From Heteronotia binoei (lineage: Eukaryota): a DNA stretch of 64,000 nt. The notes below the pieces were generated by a model. It was not told the DNA's origin. It saw nothing but the letters and a program-made list of their open reading frames with translations, and did not search any database. Shown here piece after piece: positions 11,800 to 25,413 of the stretch (its first letter is position 1; each line of letters starts with the position of its first letter). The stretch is from NCBI RefSeq assembly GCF_032191835.1, contig NC_083225.1, positions 70,804,001 to 70,868,000 on the forward strand, read 5' to 3'. Both the position numbers and the translations under genes were made by a program.

Positions 11800-13404
11800 T
11801 ATTCATTCAGAACAATCTTTATTTGCTACATTTAGCTTTTTAATAGAAAAAATACCATTTTTATGTTAGTGGACATACACTTTAGCTGTGTTATTTGAAC
11901 AGTATAATCTTTGATCGTTGGGTATTTGATATATGCACAGAAAATAGTATGTGAAAATAATATATACAAAGTGTGTACAATATTTTTAAAAAGAGAAGAG
12001 CAAAAAGGAAAACTGCAACAGGAATATGTCAGAGGAAAAAAGGTATAGATGAAACAGAACAGGACAAGAGAATTCATAAAATCATAGAGTTGGAAGGGAC
12101 CTCCAGGGTCATCTAGCCCAAACCCCAGCATAATGCAGCAAAATTGAAAAAATGGTGGAAAATTTATTGCGAACATTGGTGCACCAAATGCAACAATTTG
12201 AAGAAAGAACTCAAAAGACCATTCAAGATTTAGTGAGGGGGGGGGGGGGTAACGTAAAGAATATTCAAAGAAATATTCAAGAATCTGAAGAAAGAACCTA
12301 AAAGAGCAATCAAGAAGTGTGTCAAGAGATATTTGCTGGACTATCAGAAATTAATTTAAAATTATAAGAACAAGCACAAGAAATTATAAAAAATCAAAGA
12401 GAAGCAAAAAGATAATGACACACATAGAAAGGCAGGATTTTCTAATTGAGAAGGCAGAATTGAAATCCTGGAAACCCAATAGAACTCTAATAACCTGTGT
12501 TTTAGAGGAGTTAAATAGGACTGAGAAGCCAGATTTGGATAAAAAGCTTCCACGATTTACTTCAGAATTATTTAAGGCGGAAAAAGATTTTCCTGACATT
12601 GACCAGATTTTTAGAGTGAGTTCAAGATTTGCATTCAAGAATAAGCTACCTCGAGGTATACTGGCTCACTTACAAGAAAACATGAGATACAATACCAAAG
12701 AACCAAAGGAAATCATCAGTCAAGGTTGCAAGAAAATAAGTGCAAATCTTTCAAAATTTACTAATACATGGATTAAAGAAAATACAAGACTTTGGTTTTC
12801 TGAGACAGATCTTACATAATAAATAATTAAAATATCATTTGAAAATACATTTATAATAGAGGTATACTTCCTAATCAGAAGGAAAGTAATCACGACAGAG
12901 GAACAAGCCAAGGAATTGACCAAAGAACTGCAAGCAGAGGACTTAACACAGACGAACAGAAGGAGAATCTCCAAGTAACTCAAAACAATTTGCTAGTAGC
13001 TCAAAGCAAAGTTCATGGACCAAAAACTCTGAAGAAGAGACAAAAGAGGATTAATTGGATGTGGCAAAAAATCAGGGCAAAATGAATAAATTAAAAATAG
13101 AATCAATAACTACCAATGGACTGAATTATTCTTTGAAATGCACAAAAATCTCCAACCAGATGAAAAAAAATGCTGATATATTATGGCTACAAGAAATTCA
13201 TATAAAGTAATACAAACATATTTTAAACAATAACAAATTAAACAAAGAATATCGTGCTTCAGCACAGAACAAAAATGTGGAGTGGCCATTTACATAAATA
13301 ATCCACAATTAGAAGAATTAGAAGAATTAAGAGATTCAGATAGAAGACACCAAATTTTAAAAATTAATATCCCAGAAGGCAAAATATGCACCATAGCAAC
13401 AATA
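11800..13404 (+). mobile_element. Decayed L1 LINE: ORF1 and the start of the ORF2 endonuclease
   Basis: ORF 12415-12819 contains DIDQIFRVSSRFAFKNKLPRGILAHL (squamate L1 ORF1-like); ~13080-13400 encodes a degenerate APE start (ADILWLQEIHI...VAIYIN); interrupted by a CR1 tail (~12070-12145) and a hAT end at 13405. Confidence 0.7.
12070..12145 (-). mobile_element. CR1 LINE 3' tail
   Basis: tcatagagttggaagggacctccagggtcatctag matches 57311-57350. Confidence 0.75.
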
Positions 13405-13700
13405 TAGGGATGGGCACAAATGGTCCAGATCTGGAAGTCCAAGCTGAACTTTGCATGGTTCAAAGTTTGCGAGCTGTGGACTGGGAACCACACACTCAGC
13501 ACAGACCTATCCAAGCTTTTTGTCAAGGCTCAAAAGCACTCTGAGAAGAAAACCCACCCAGAAACTTTCACACTTAAAAAGCTCATAGGAGTGGTCTTCT
13601 GCAGCTCAGGAAACACCAATACAGACATAGACCTTCCCAAGCTTGACAGGCAATGCTGCTTGCAAATCAGAGAAGTCCGTCTCCACTGTTCATGATGGGT
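13405..13700. mobile_element. hAT-like element end (TAGGGATGGGCAC family); right boundary unresolved
   Basis: TIR TAGGGATGGGCAC is the reverse complement of TGCCCATCCCTA at 25402-25413. Confidence 0.5.
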
Positions 13701-14857
13701 GTGTGTGTGTGTGGATGGGTGTGCATAAGCAATGGAGCTGCACACATTGTCTTTGCATTGAATCTTTGGTAGTTCTGGGTGCCTTGCATTCACAAAATAG
13801 CATTGCTGATGGACCTGAGGCGGGATGGATTGCTAGTTCTCCTGGCTACAATACACACAGCCACATGAGATTTCTCATCAACTTTAGTATATCAGGGACC
13901 TGCGTTTCCATGCTGCAATTCCTTCCCCACCCCCACCCCGTTTGTTTCTCTGCTGCAAAGTGTGTTACTGATTTTCATTTCCGCACTCATCCACTTCTCA
14001 TTGGGTTGTACATGCCTCTATAACTTCAGAGTGACTGCTTTGGATTTCCTCACCCTTCTCTATCTCAAATCCCTCCCCCTTCCCACAATCATTGCCTTGG
14101 CTTTGCCTCCTTCTTCTGCATCTCTAATAACCACCCCACCACTTCCTGAGGAATGTACTAAAAGGAATTGCAGGATTGCCCGTTGGAAACAATGGGAGAC
14201 ACTTGAAGACCCATTGGAAATAATGGGGGCCAGGAATGTCAACTGACTTGCATGGGCCCCATCAAAATACATTACATCACAAGAAGAGTTTGCAAAGAAA
14301 ATGCAGAATGGATTTTCCATTAAAGTCTCTGGGCCCAAATAGACTACTATGGGACTAGAATGAAGTAGCGGAAGTGTCCTGGGACTGGAATGACAGGCTC
14401 CACCTCCTCCAGCAGTCATTTTGTGTCTGCACCCACCATGCTGTGTCAGAATTACAAAGGTGCCACAGGCTCAAAAATGTTCAACATCCCTAAGCTAGAG
14501 TGTGGGATGGGATTTTTCACAGAGAGACTATGGAGAGGGTGCTCTGGATCAGTGGTCAACAGGGTGGCCAAGGAATTCAGGCAGGGTATGACATGTAATG
14601 AGTCAGGAAGGCAGCAGAACTGGACACTGGAACTGGAAGGGCAATAAGGGCAAGATCTGACAACAGAAAAGGTGGCTCACATAAACCTAATGAATTTGGT
14701 AAGGAAACTGAGGAAATGACAGGCAGGATAATTACTGAAGTGGAGCTGATTTGGTGATAGCTACGCACCTTCCAGAAATATTAATTAAAATGTATAGTTT
14801 TGAATTCCACTCTACAGTTTGTGATTCCAGTTGCAGGGCACTGACTTTGAACTGGGA

Positions 14858-15484
14858 TCTGTCATTCCACTTTGGGGGTGGTCATTCCAGTCCCAGAATA
14901 CTGATTTTGTTTCCAGGGGATGTCATTTCACTCTCGGGGACTGTCATTCCAAACCCAGAACACTTCTGCTACTCCCAGGTGCTGTCATTCCACTCTAGGC
15001 TTCCCAAGCTCTCGCTGGAGGGTGGGGGTTCCCCCAGTTTCAGGTGTCCCAACCCACCAGCACAGAGCGGGCCACCAGGGGGATTCCCACCCCCAAAGAG
15101 TCCCATCATGCACTGTGGTTCACAGCATGATGACATCACTCGGAAGTGACATATCACACCAGGCACGTTGAATGGGGACTCTCTAGCAACTTGGGGGAAA
15201 ACTCTATAGCACTATATGTGCCCAGCATGATATGTCACTTCTGAGTGACATCATCATACCGTGTGCACTACGCATGGATGAAAAAAAATCCCTCGCCAGC
15301 AGCCAGAGGGGTCTTGGCAGCCCTATTCCACTCTGGAAGCTGTCATTCCAGTCCTAGAATACATCTGTTACCTTTAGTGGCTCATTCCACTCTGGGGCCT
15401 GTCATTCCTGTCCCAGAACACTTCTGCTACTCCCCAGGGCTGTCATTCCACTTTGGGAGACTGTCATTCCAGTCCCAGAACACA
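14858..15484. repeat. Minisatellite with a ~60-bp unit built from ctgtcattcc monomers, split by a hAT MITE
   Basis: Repeated ctgtcattccactYTgggRRctgtcattccagtcccagaacac plus a ~18-20 nt variable part; about 5 units. Confidence 0.8.
14996..15325. mobile_element. hAT MITE inserted in the minisatellite
   Basis: TIRs TAGGCTTCCCAAG...CTTGGCAGCCCTA; perfect 8-bp TSD ttccactc (14988-14995 and 15326-15333). Confidence 0.88.
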
Positions 15485-15967
15485 TCTTCTAACCTCAAGG
15501 ACTTCCATATGGAAACTGCAAGTTGCTGGCATGATTCCACATTAAACTTTGATCATGTTGTTGGCTGATGTTACACACTACAAGCCTCATTAACTGGGAA
15601 GTATACCCATACAGGCTGGGAAATATACCCATATAGTTGATTTTTGTTAAATATTGTTTGGTTAAACATTGCTAAGTATTGTGCTTTAAAACACTGAAAT
15701 TGTCTTGTACTGTACAATATTGAATAATTGTTATTTTTAAAAATTTGTTCTGTTAACATTGGATATATATATATAATAAAGCTTTTAAGAAAATTTTGAT
15801 TGTTTAACAAGTGTTACATTCACATGAGTAGTTGAAGCCAACTTTCACAGTGTCTGCTCTTTTTACACCTAGCCTTTACACTTTGCTTCTCAGTGTTTTA
15901 TTTGACATACCTAGAAGTTGGCAACAATATAAAATTCTCACACTCAACCAGTTAACTGCAACCAGAA

Positions 15968-16164
15968 TGTGGGGTACCTCAGGGAGCAGTTCTCTCGCCG
16001 ATGCTATTTAATATCTATATGCGCCCCCTTGCCCAGATTGTCGGGAGGTACGGGCTCGGGTGTCACCAGTATGCAGATGACACCCAGCTTTATCTACTAA
16101 TGGATGGCCGACCTGACTGCGTCCCAGAGAACTTGGACCTGGCACTGCAGGCCGTGGCAACTTG

Positions 16165-16218
<54 letters not shown>

Positions 16219-17400
16219 TTTATTTATATCCCGCCCTCCCCGCCTAGGCAGGCTCAGGGCGGCTAACAAACATTCAATAAAACATGTTATAAATACAGTA
16301 ATTAAAATACATTAAGTGCATTAAACATATAGACACATTAAAATTATAAAACAGCATAAAATTTTTAAAACAACACTAATCCAGCATCTATAATCTATAA
16401 TATATCTATTCTATAGTTTAACAGCAGCAGAGGTGTTCCGGGCGCTGTTACATATTTAAATGACCATGACCATGCTGAGCGGGCTGAAATTGAATCCGGC
16501 AAAGACAGAGGTCCTTTGCCTGGGTCGGGGTGCTCTAGGAGGGGATATATCTCTTCCAGTCTTTGACGGGACGCTGCTGAAAGCGGCGCACTGGGTTAGA
16601 AGCCTGGGAGTTCTACTGGAGCCTTCATTATCAATGGAGGCTCAGATAGCAGCCGCTGCCAAGTCAGCCTTTTTTCATCTGAGGCGGGCAAGGCAGTTGG
16701 CCCCCTTCCTGGAGCGTCGGGACCTGGCAACAGTGATCCACGCAACGGTCACCTCGAGACTGGATTACTGTAATGCCCTCTACATGGGGCTGTTTTTGTG
16801 CCAAACCCGGAAGCTGCAGCTAGTGCAGAACGCGGCTGCCAGACTGTTGCTGGGGCTTCCAAAGCGGGAGCACATACAGCCGGGGCTGCGTGAACTGCAC
16901 TGGCTGCCAGTTGTATACCGGATTCGCTACAAAGTGCTGGTTATTACCTTTAAAGCCCTATATGGCCGAGGACCTGCCTACCTTAGGGACCGTCTGTCCC
17001 CATATGAACCCCAGAGAGCACTGAGGTCAGCAGGGAAGAACCTGCTGACTATCCCTGGCCCAAAGGAGGTAAGACTTCTCAGTTTTGGCCCCACAGCTGT
17101 GGAATCAACTCCCAGAGGAAATGCGGGCCCTGCGGGACATTGAACAATTCCGCAGGGCCTGCAAAACCATCCTGTTCCAAATGGCCTTCACCAGCTGATA
17201 CTACTAAATTGCCAAGTAAACTTGCCGATGAATAGCACTAAATGTATTAATGTTTTTAGAATTTTATGGATTTTAATTTGTCTTCAAATGTTATTTATTA
17301 TATAATGTATGTATTGAATTTTATGCTGCTAGCCGCCCTGAGCCGCTTGGTCGGGGAGGGCGGGATACAAATAAAATGTGACTGACTGACTGACTGACTG
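15968..17400 (+). mobile_element. 5'-truncated L2 LINE (RT C-terminal half, 3' UTR, (gact)n tail)
   Basis: Translation GVPQGAVLSPMLFNIYMRPLAQ...HQYADDTQLY and LKLNPAKTEVL...LHWLPV closely matches ORF 38437-40293. Confidence 0.92.
16166..16473 (-). mobile_element. Antisense L2 3'-end insertion with a (tta)n microsatellite, inside the L2
   Basis: The RT frame breaks after AVATW and resumes at gctgagcggg (LSGLKLNP); the insert reverse complement contains ttagccgccctgagcctgcctaggcggggagggcgggatataaataaa. Confidence 0.85.
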
Positions 17401-18904
17401 AGAATCAAATACAGAAAGGATTAAGGGAAAAGTTCATGTCACAAGGAAATGGATATAACAAAGCCTGGTAATTCTGGATATAACAAGTGGGTATAAATGG
17501 ATATAACAAAATCTGGTAATTCTTCTGCAGACTAAAAAAAAAAGTTTGGGGACAAAGGTATTTTGAGCGGAGAAGGGGGAGGTGACCAGATTTGCATTTA
17601 TGACAATACTCCTGTGCTTGGATCTCTGGGGGAAAGGATCAGTTTGGAGACAATTCAAAATGGAAGAACAGACAATGTAGGAAAGATTCTGTTCAAAATG
17701 GCTCCCTTAAAATTGCTTTTCATTTTTCTTTTTTTTTTTTAAAGAAGATCATTTGGATTTGATTATGCACATGTATGTATAACACATGGATTACTCCTTT
17801 ATGAACCATGCACAAAATACACTCATTTTTGCTTCTATGAGTCATCTCCCAGAAGCCTATGGTTTCAACAGTTCCCTGCTGGAAATGATGCCCTTCAGCA
17901 GAGAAGTCTCTGAACTATTTAAATAGCTAATTAAATAAGACTTGAAGCAAGGAAGGTGTTGCTGCCCCAAGGACTGTTCTGTGAGCTCAACCAAAGAGGT
18001 CATGACTTTGATTCTCATTTTGCTTAACTTTGTTTTCCATGAAGCTGTTGGCTTTTCCTATCCATGAAGGCAACAAGCACAGTAGTTAGAGAACAGTGTG
18101 CTACCTTTACAAATGTAATACAAATGTAAATCTGTTAGGATAGCCATAAAAGCCATAAAACTCAGAGATAGCTGTGTGTGCTACCATGTGGTTTGTCCTC
18201 CTCGTGTTTGCCATGCTTATGTTGGCAGCAAATGACTCATCAATATGATGTGAGGAGAGAAAGGAGATCCATTATATTGCTAGCATCCCAGATGGCAAAA
18301 TGCATCTTTGTGGGCCCATTTCAGTGAGAGTCACTTTCCCCCATTTTCAAGGATGGATAGACAAAATGGTGCCACCAGGTGCTACATTGTACTTGCTCTC
18401 ATGGGAATAAATGACAGGCATTTACATAGAGGAAAACGGAAAGGTATAGATTTAGGTACATAGGGCAGGGATTCCTGTATCAAGCCCTGACTCTCCCAAC
18501 ACTCTTACTAATTTCACCCTATTTGCTGTTTCTCATAAAAATCTGTAGAAACAACAGAGAACTGTACCCACATGCCATTGCTTGGTCCATATCCAATATT
18601 TTGGCTGGAAAATTTCAGTAAACACTATCCCCCATCCAACACATACTGAATTGGCAGACTATGGGAGATGTTTATTCTTTCTGTGTTTCTCTCCCCTCCC
18701 CTTGCCCAAACTGTTGTGCTGTTGATGACCTGTCAGTTTCTTGTGCCTACTGGGACTGGAGAAAGCAGAAAGCCAGAGCCATAGGAACCATCCAAAGGAA
18801 CCAAGTCTCATCATAGTCCAACAGGTCCTTGCAGCCACGAACAAGAATGAAACATAGAAATGTGTACCAAAGAAGTCTGTGAACAGACTGTGCCCCACTT
18901 ATCA

Positions 18905-19755
18905 GATAGATGGGCAGGCCTTGAAACAAGCTAGTTTTCTTTCCAGGCTTGAAAAGAGGAAAGGGGGCAAAGTGTGTGATCAGGTCATCAACCTTACTAC
19001 ACAAGAGAAGAAAGTTAATGGCTTAGGATTCTTGCAAAAAGGTAAAAGAAAGGAGGTATCTAGCTAGATAATTGGTCTTGGCCTGACAAAAGAAGTGGCT
19101 GCCAATAAAAGCTGAAACTCCTTTCAATATAATTAATCAGGAGTGGACTATTTATCTATGCATATGAACTTAGCACAGTGTATTGAAGCAATAACTGCTG
19201 TAAAACTTAAGCATAGGAAATTATCAAATCAGTGCTAGAATTTTCGGATTAACCAACACAAAGTTCTTTGCAGAGTTTCATGAATCACAGTATCATTCCA
19301 TCCAGTCTTTAAACCTCATTTATTTAAATGTATAACATAGCTTCAAATTAAGGAAGATCTAAAGCTACTGAAGCTTCTAAAATACAGATTAACAAAATAA
19401 TCACTAGTTATTTGACTGTGCAGTCCTAAACTTAGTGCACCCTTTTAATTCATTATAGTCAATGGAATTAAAATGGTCTAATTCTGTTTAGAAACCATAG
19501 TGAGTAGGGGTACGTATTACTGGTATTTGGGGGGTAGATTTCAGCATCACAAGTGTATTCAGTTTTTCTTGGGAACTGAAAAAAGATTCCCCCCAAATAT
19601 ATTTGGGAATTATTGTGCAAATTTTAAAAATTTGTAGAGGCAGGAACAGAGTGCATTCCCTCATGTAGTCAGGTCAAAGATCTGATCACCCACATTGCCT
19701 CTTTTCCTCTGTTCAAGCCTGGAAAGAAAACCAATCTGTCTTCTTGTCACCCATA
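18905..19755. repeat. Diverged long inverted repeat pair (old TIR element)
   Basis: 18931-18990 reverse complement (gacctgatcacacactttgccccctttcctcttttcaagcctggaaagaaaac) is ~80% identical to 19678-19732. Confidence 0.65.
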
Positions 19756-19839
19756 TGATCAAGGGAACTCACTTTCAAAGCATTCCGTTGTTCCATTCAT
19801 CTTGAGAACACGGAGGGCTTCAGACTTTCCTCACATCCC

Positions 19840-19972
19840 ATTTTTGCCAATGGAAATGGCTGTTGGGGGGACTGTTTGCTCTTTCCTTGGGATCTACATG
19901 TCCATTGCAGAACACATGGAGCCCAAGGAAAGGGCAAACAGGCCCACACAGCCATTTCCTCTGGTAAAAATG
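19840..19972. repeat. Imperfect palindrome (~130 bp hairpin), probably a small MITE
   Basis: Left arm ccatttttgccaatggaaatggctgttgggggactgtttgctctttccttgggatctacatgt pairs with right arm acatggagcccaaggaaagggcaaacaggcccacacagccatttcctctggtaaaaatgg; ~12-nt loop. Confidence 0.8.
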
Positions 19973-22837
19973 GCACAGGAGGGAAGCATGAAATCTCTCC
20001 TGCTTCACAGCACTCATAATCCAATAAAGTGAGTTTCCCCCAGCTTTCGATGAACCATTAAGCAAAATAAGCATGTGTGTAGGGCACTAAAGGAAGGGGG
20101 GCACAACAGAGTTCCTCCCCTAGTTCTCATGCCCTTACCTTAATTCTTTCACTGCCACACTCAAATTTACTTTTATGCAATTGTCCTCATCTGCCAAGCT
20201 CAACTTTCATCTACATTGTTTTAAAAAAAAGTTTTCATTGGCATGGTGAGCACTTACTGAGTCTTAAGGTCTTGTTGAGAGAGGACTTCTGGCTGCTGAC
20301 AAACATAAACGCTTAGTTGGGAGAGCCGAGGGTTTTTTTTTTTTTAATGTCTTGTCAGTTAAGCAATGGAAGGGCCAAGGAACATCATTGTTGAGCTGTG
20401 CATAAGGCATCAGTTGACCTTAATCCGGCCTTGGTTCCTGCATTCATACATGTGGCAACAAATTGGGCTGGGCATCTGTGACTGGACTCATGTCACAGTT
20501 ATAATGTATTTTGGTCCTAAGGGGATAGGAGATGCCATGGCCAACTAGGAAACTTGCTGAGTCAACTCTGGAGCAGATAGCACACCCTGAAGAGTAATGA
20601 ATAAACCAGGGGGCAGGATGCAGTTGAGCAATGTGGTGAGAAGTTCCAAGGGACACTAATGGTTATAGGGGTGGCAGAGAACACTGCAGAATCATGGTTC
20701 TTTGTTTTTAACTTATTTTTTAAAATAAAAATATAGATTTCAGAATAACCAGAACACAGTGAGCATTGAATGACAATAGCACCACTGCTTGTCAGAACCA
20801 TGTGTCTGCCTGTATGCATACACACTTAATAAGAGATGCCTATGTTATAATAAAGTTATATTGAAGTCAATATTTCTGGTTATGTAACAAGAAGAATAAA
20901 AATGAGTATGAATTTTTTACATCAAAACAAAATGACAGATGTCAGCCCTGCTGATATTTGCATAATGGTTTTGCTTCACTGATTCAAAGTAAAAAGGGAA
21001 ATTATTTAGTCAGAAAAAATGATAGACTACATGAGATTACTGGTTACTGAGTGGTAATACTTTATTAATTATGAAAATCTCTCAAATATTGTCAAGTCAG
21101 TTTGTGACTGTGCATAGAGTGCCCCCCCCCCCAATCTTTTCCTACATTTTTCATCATGCTTTTTCTATCTTGGGGGCATTAAAAGTTTGTTCATTATTAA
21201 TAACATTTACATGGGTTCTCTTTGTTAGTTGGGAGATGCTGTCTAAGTCTGGGTATTCCCTGTGTGAGCCCCTCCCCTTTCTAGCTCCATCAGTCAGCTT
21301 TCAGCTGTCCTGCTGGGTCCTATCAGAGAGTCTCCCAAGGCCTCAGAATGGGAAGAAAAGGAGGCTGATTCCTTCTCTATCCCAGGACAACAGCACCTCT
21401 CAGGTCCAGAGCTGTGCCCTTCTTTCTTCCGCAGCCTCTTATGTTTTTAAAAGAGACTGTCTAGCCCCACCCTTCACTTCCACCCACTAATCCCCACCTC
21501 CCTAGCCTCACCTGCCATTTCCCTAGAGTGGCATTTCCTCCCACTTCCTCCTGTAAGGCTGGCAACCCTGCCCTCACCCTCCAGCCACCCTTAAATTGGC
21601 TGTGCCTTGAGGTTGGCTGGGATAGGCTATAAGTTCTGTGGGCCTGCTCCTGCTTTCCCCAGGCCAATTCTCCCCAGGCCTAGCCCTGCCCTGGTGGCTG
21701 GTGGTGCTGATGCCTAGTTGGGGCTGCCCTGAGGCTGGCCCACAGCCAGAGTCAACTGCAGGGGCAACCTTACCAGTGGGGACAGCTCAGAGTCCAGTGC
21801 CATCCCCAGATATCCAGCAACACTGTACTGACCAAACCTGTGTCCATAATTTTCAACATGATCCAGACTTTCACCCCAAACCTCTGCATTTTAGGACAAG
21901 ATTGCTGTGATTTTAGGACGTGACTGTGATTCCACATCTCCACAGCTTTTGCACTAATGGAAAAAACTTATCAGGGGGAGCATCATTTAATAGCCCTGAG
22001 ACTTTTCCTTTTGGTGTCTTTTCCCCATTTTTCAGTAAGATGTGTTTTGCTCCCATGCAACTTATCCTACAGTTTTATTTAGCATGAAAGTCACATTTTT
22101 GAGGACTTTGAAATATAAGATTTTTTTCAACGTATTAGCTTCTTAAAGGAAGCATATTACGAGCATAACATAAATGGAGGCAATGATAAGGCAGCTAATC
22201 CACTCCCCTGCATCAGATCTGTAGCTATGAGATTTCGAAGCCCTCTCAGTATCTTTATTTTGACTTTATTTTCCTGTTGTTTTTTTGCCTTCTGCCACTT
22301 TATCCAGACTCTGATGGGTATCATTCAAAACCCAGAAGGATGGTTATTCAAGGTTATTCAAGGATGGTTATTCTCTTAACTATATCTGAGATATCTACCA
22401 TGGTCCATATTGCACTATTAACCAGCAACCCACAAACGGTATGAAGCTGTAACCAATATGCCTATTGTAAACTATTCCAACTGAGTGAATGCATGTACCT
22501 GTTTATACAGCAAAGATACCTTGTCCCTCATTTGTAGGTTAGTGCCACTGCCACTACACTGCCACTGTCCCCTTCCACTTTCTAAACTTCCTCTCCAGTT
22601 GACTGCTCAGTGGCTTAGCTGTTTATTGAGGACCATTCCTTTAATCAGACCAAACAGGAACAGAAGCTCATTTTCTATGGGTGGAAAATTTTAGATAAAA
22701 ACATAGAAAGAGGCACTTGGAATCTGCTGTCTTCCCAGAGGCATCAGGTTGGCTCCTGTGACAGCAAGAATAATCTTCTAGCAAATTCTGAATGTAACTC
22801 TTGGCTGTGTAGGCTAAATCCTACAACCTTTTTACAG

Positions 22838-22920
22838 ATCCAAATGGGCAGCCATGTTCGGCTGGAGCAGTAGAACAAAGTTTGAGTCCAGTGGCACCTT
22901 TAAAACCAATGAAGTTCTAT
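22838..22920. mobile_element. Penelope-like terminal fragment (others at ~23762-23845, ~40563-40660, ~49230-49290)
   Basis: Shared motif gagtccagtggcacctttaa and its reverse complement ttaaaggtgccactggactc / tttaaggtgctactgaactc. Confidence 0.55.
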
Positions 22921-22939
22921 TTTTTAAAATATATTTTAA

Positions 22940-23490
22940 TTTATTTTCTACAACAACATTAAAAATTCAAACAAACCACAATCCAACCTTGCTGACTGTT
23001 TACATTCCTCATCCAAATTAACTCAGAGCAACCAGCTTGTTTTTAAAAAGTGAGAAAATTAGAAATTTGTGGGTGTATAATTTTCCAATAGTTCATCAAT
23101 GCTCTCCAGTACCGGGAACCAGCGATCATGATAGTCTGAATGTTGTGTCAGTGCCTCCATAGTCTTAATGGCTTCTGCAATTTTGTCCATCAATAGATGT
23201 GTCCAGACTTTGGTAAACCAATCTTTGAGTGTGGGAAGCTCTTGTTTTTTCCAACACGATGCTATCGGTGTTTTTGCTGCTGATAACAGTATAGCAATAA
23301 GGTCTTTGTGAATCTGCAGAATTGAAAGGTCATTCCAAAGGTTCAAAAGTACAGACTGTGAGTTCCCTGGAATTACATATCCAGTGATATCTTTGATTTT
23401 AAAAATTGCCTGTTGCCAAAAAGATTGTATAAACTTACACCCCCACCAGCAATGAAGGAATGTACCTACCTCCCCACATCTTTCCAACAT
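22940..23490 (-). mobile_element. L1 LINE ORF2 C-terminal (cysteine-rich) fragment
   Basis: ORF 23059-23490: RCGEVGTFLHCWWGC...AAKTPIASCWKKQELPTLKDW, the L1 ORF2 C-terminal motif. Confidence 0.8.
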
Positions 23491-24419
23491 AGTGGAGATA
23501 CTGACTTAGTAATATGATGTAGTTTTACTAGGGTCAGAAGGCAAACAGCAAATTAGCATTCAACTTAATGACAATGTTTCAACAGCTGCAAACAACAAAC
23601 AGGAACAACAGGCTAAGTTTATATGGTCATCATTTGTTTGGATTTAATTACCAGAGAAACAGTGAAACAAATAAATATGTCAAAACAGGCCACTAATGTG
23701 TAAATGTATCCTTCTTAATTGTGGAATGCTAAGAGTAATTAACTGTTAACTTTCATTTCAATGGCTCAGAGGAAGTGTGACTGCACACAAAAGCACATAT
23801 CTTGAATAAAATCATTGGTCTTAAAGGTGCCACTGGACTCAAAGTTTTACTTTTTTACAGCATATTCTAAGAACATTTACTCAGGTGTTAATCACTTTCC
23901 CAGATGTCACAAAATATTCCAAAGAGGATTTCATCCTTAGTGTGATCACACTGCATAATCACACGGGCTGCTTAGTTAGCCGGAGATAGAATTGTTTTGA
24001 TTTGGACCCAGAAGAGGATAAAATGTGGGAGATGTTAATTATACTCCCAAAAATAAAGGCATAATTCAAGCCAGGTTTCACTGCTAGAACATGTTCATAT
24101 TAAAAAAAAATCAAGGTATTTACAATACCAAGAAGAGTTGTGTTGGTCTAAATCCATCAAAGCAAATGGAATGGTGTAACTCTGTTTAGGATTGTACCTT
24201 CAGAACTCCCACTTAATATGATGTGGGCCCTGAGGAAATACACACACACACTCCTGCAATCATTACACACTTAATATATATTTATTTTTAGACACTGACA
24301 AATCAGTATGAAATATCAGAGCATGCATAATACGGGTTATAGACCAACATTTGGAGATTTTGATGGGCCTTCCATAGCTGCCGACCACAACCACTCCCAA
24401 TCAACTCACAATCAACTTA

Positions 24420-24790
24420 CCTTGAACCGTATTTGTCATCATGCTGTTCATTCAGTTCAGAGCTCTTCGTAATATGTTTTAGTTTTCCCAGTCTTAAATA
24501 TTTTGGTGTCATCAACTAACTCATCCACTTCACTAAGTGCCCCCCTCCACAATTCCAAATTATTTATAAACAAGTTAAATTGCACTAGTTCTAATACAGG
24601 TAATTGAGTGACCCCATTATTTTCTTCCATTCATTCTGAGAACTTGTCATTTATCCCATCACTGTACTTCCTGTTCTTTACCCAATTTCACATCCACAAA
24701 AAAGATCTGCCCTTTAAGTCCATGACTGCTAAGTTTTCTGAGGAACCTATGACAAGGAACTTTATTAAAAGTCAAAGTACATAATATCTT
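24420..24790 (-). mobile_element. Decayed CR1 RT fragment
   Basis: Reverse complement reads approximately LFNLFINNLEL...SEVDELVDDTKIFK (degenerate FADDTKL motif). Confidence 0.65.
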
Positions 24791-24802
24791 CAGGATTATC
24801 TT

Positions 24803-25413
24803 TAGGGTTGGGCAGAAATGTGGTTCAGTTCAGTGTTCATGACTAAATCATGAAACAATAGGCCAGTTTGTAAACCAAACTGGTTCATATCATTTTGTGA
24901 GCCATTTAAAATTTAAATCCCTGCTTTCTGCTCCCCTGAAGAATGGCAGGGAGAAGAAAGCAGGTGTTTAAATGGCTCCAAGCCATTTAAACCAAACAGC
25001 TCATTGCCACTCAGTTGTTTGGTTTAAATGGCTAGAGCATTTCACCCCGTTTTCTGTTAATTGAGAAAAGCTGTGGCCAGCAGAAAGGAGGGGATGAAAT
25101 GCTTCCCAGCCATTTCACCCCATTTTTTGCTTGCCTCCAAAAGCCATTTAGATCCTTGCTTTCTGCATCCCATGACTTTTTGCTCAGAGCTATTTAAACC
25201 AAACAGCTGAGCTGTTTTTCATCAAGAGTAGAAAGCAGGGGGTTAAGTGGCTTAGAGCCTTTTAAACCCCTGTTTTCTGCTCTTCCCAAACTACATCAAA
25301 ATCCATGGAAGTTTGGGGCAGCTCTTCAGTTCATGAACATCACTTTGTGAGCCATGAGCTGGCCAAAATTTGTGACAAAGTTTAGTTCATATCCTGGTTT
25401 ATGCCCATCCCTA
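24803..25413. mobile_element. hAT-like MITE
   Basis: TIRs TAGGGTTGGGCA...TGCCCATCCCTA; TSD attatctt/gtcatctt (2 mismatches); internal gccatttaaa repeats. Confidence 0.7.

Noticed and set aside
14858-15484. Repeat-spacer appearance resembling a CRISPR array
   Set aside because: Vertebrate context, no cas genes, degenerate repeats and recurring 'spacers'; it is a minisatellite
18737-19004. Membrane-protein-like peptide LLWYTFLCFILVRGCKDLLDYDETWFLWMVPMALAFCFLQSQ on the minus strand
   Set aside because: Weak splice sites, partial overlap with an inverted-repeat arm, no recognised homolog
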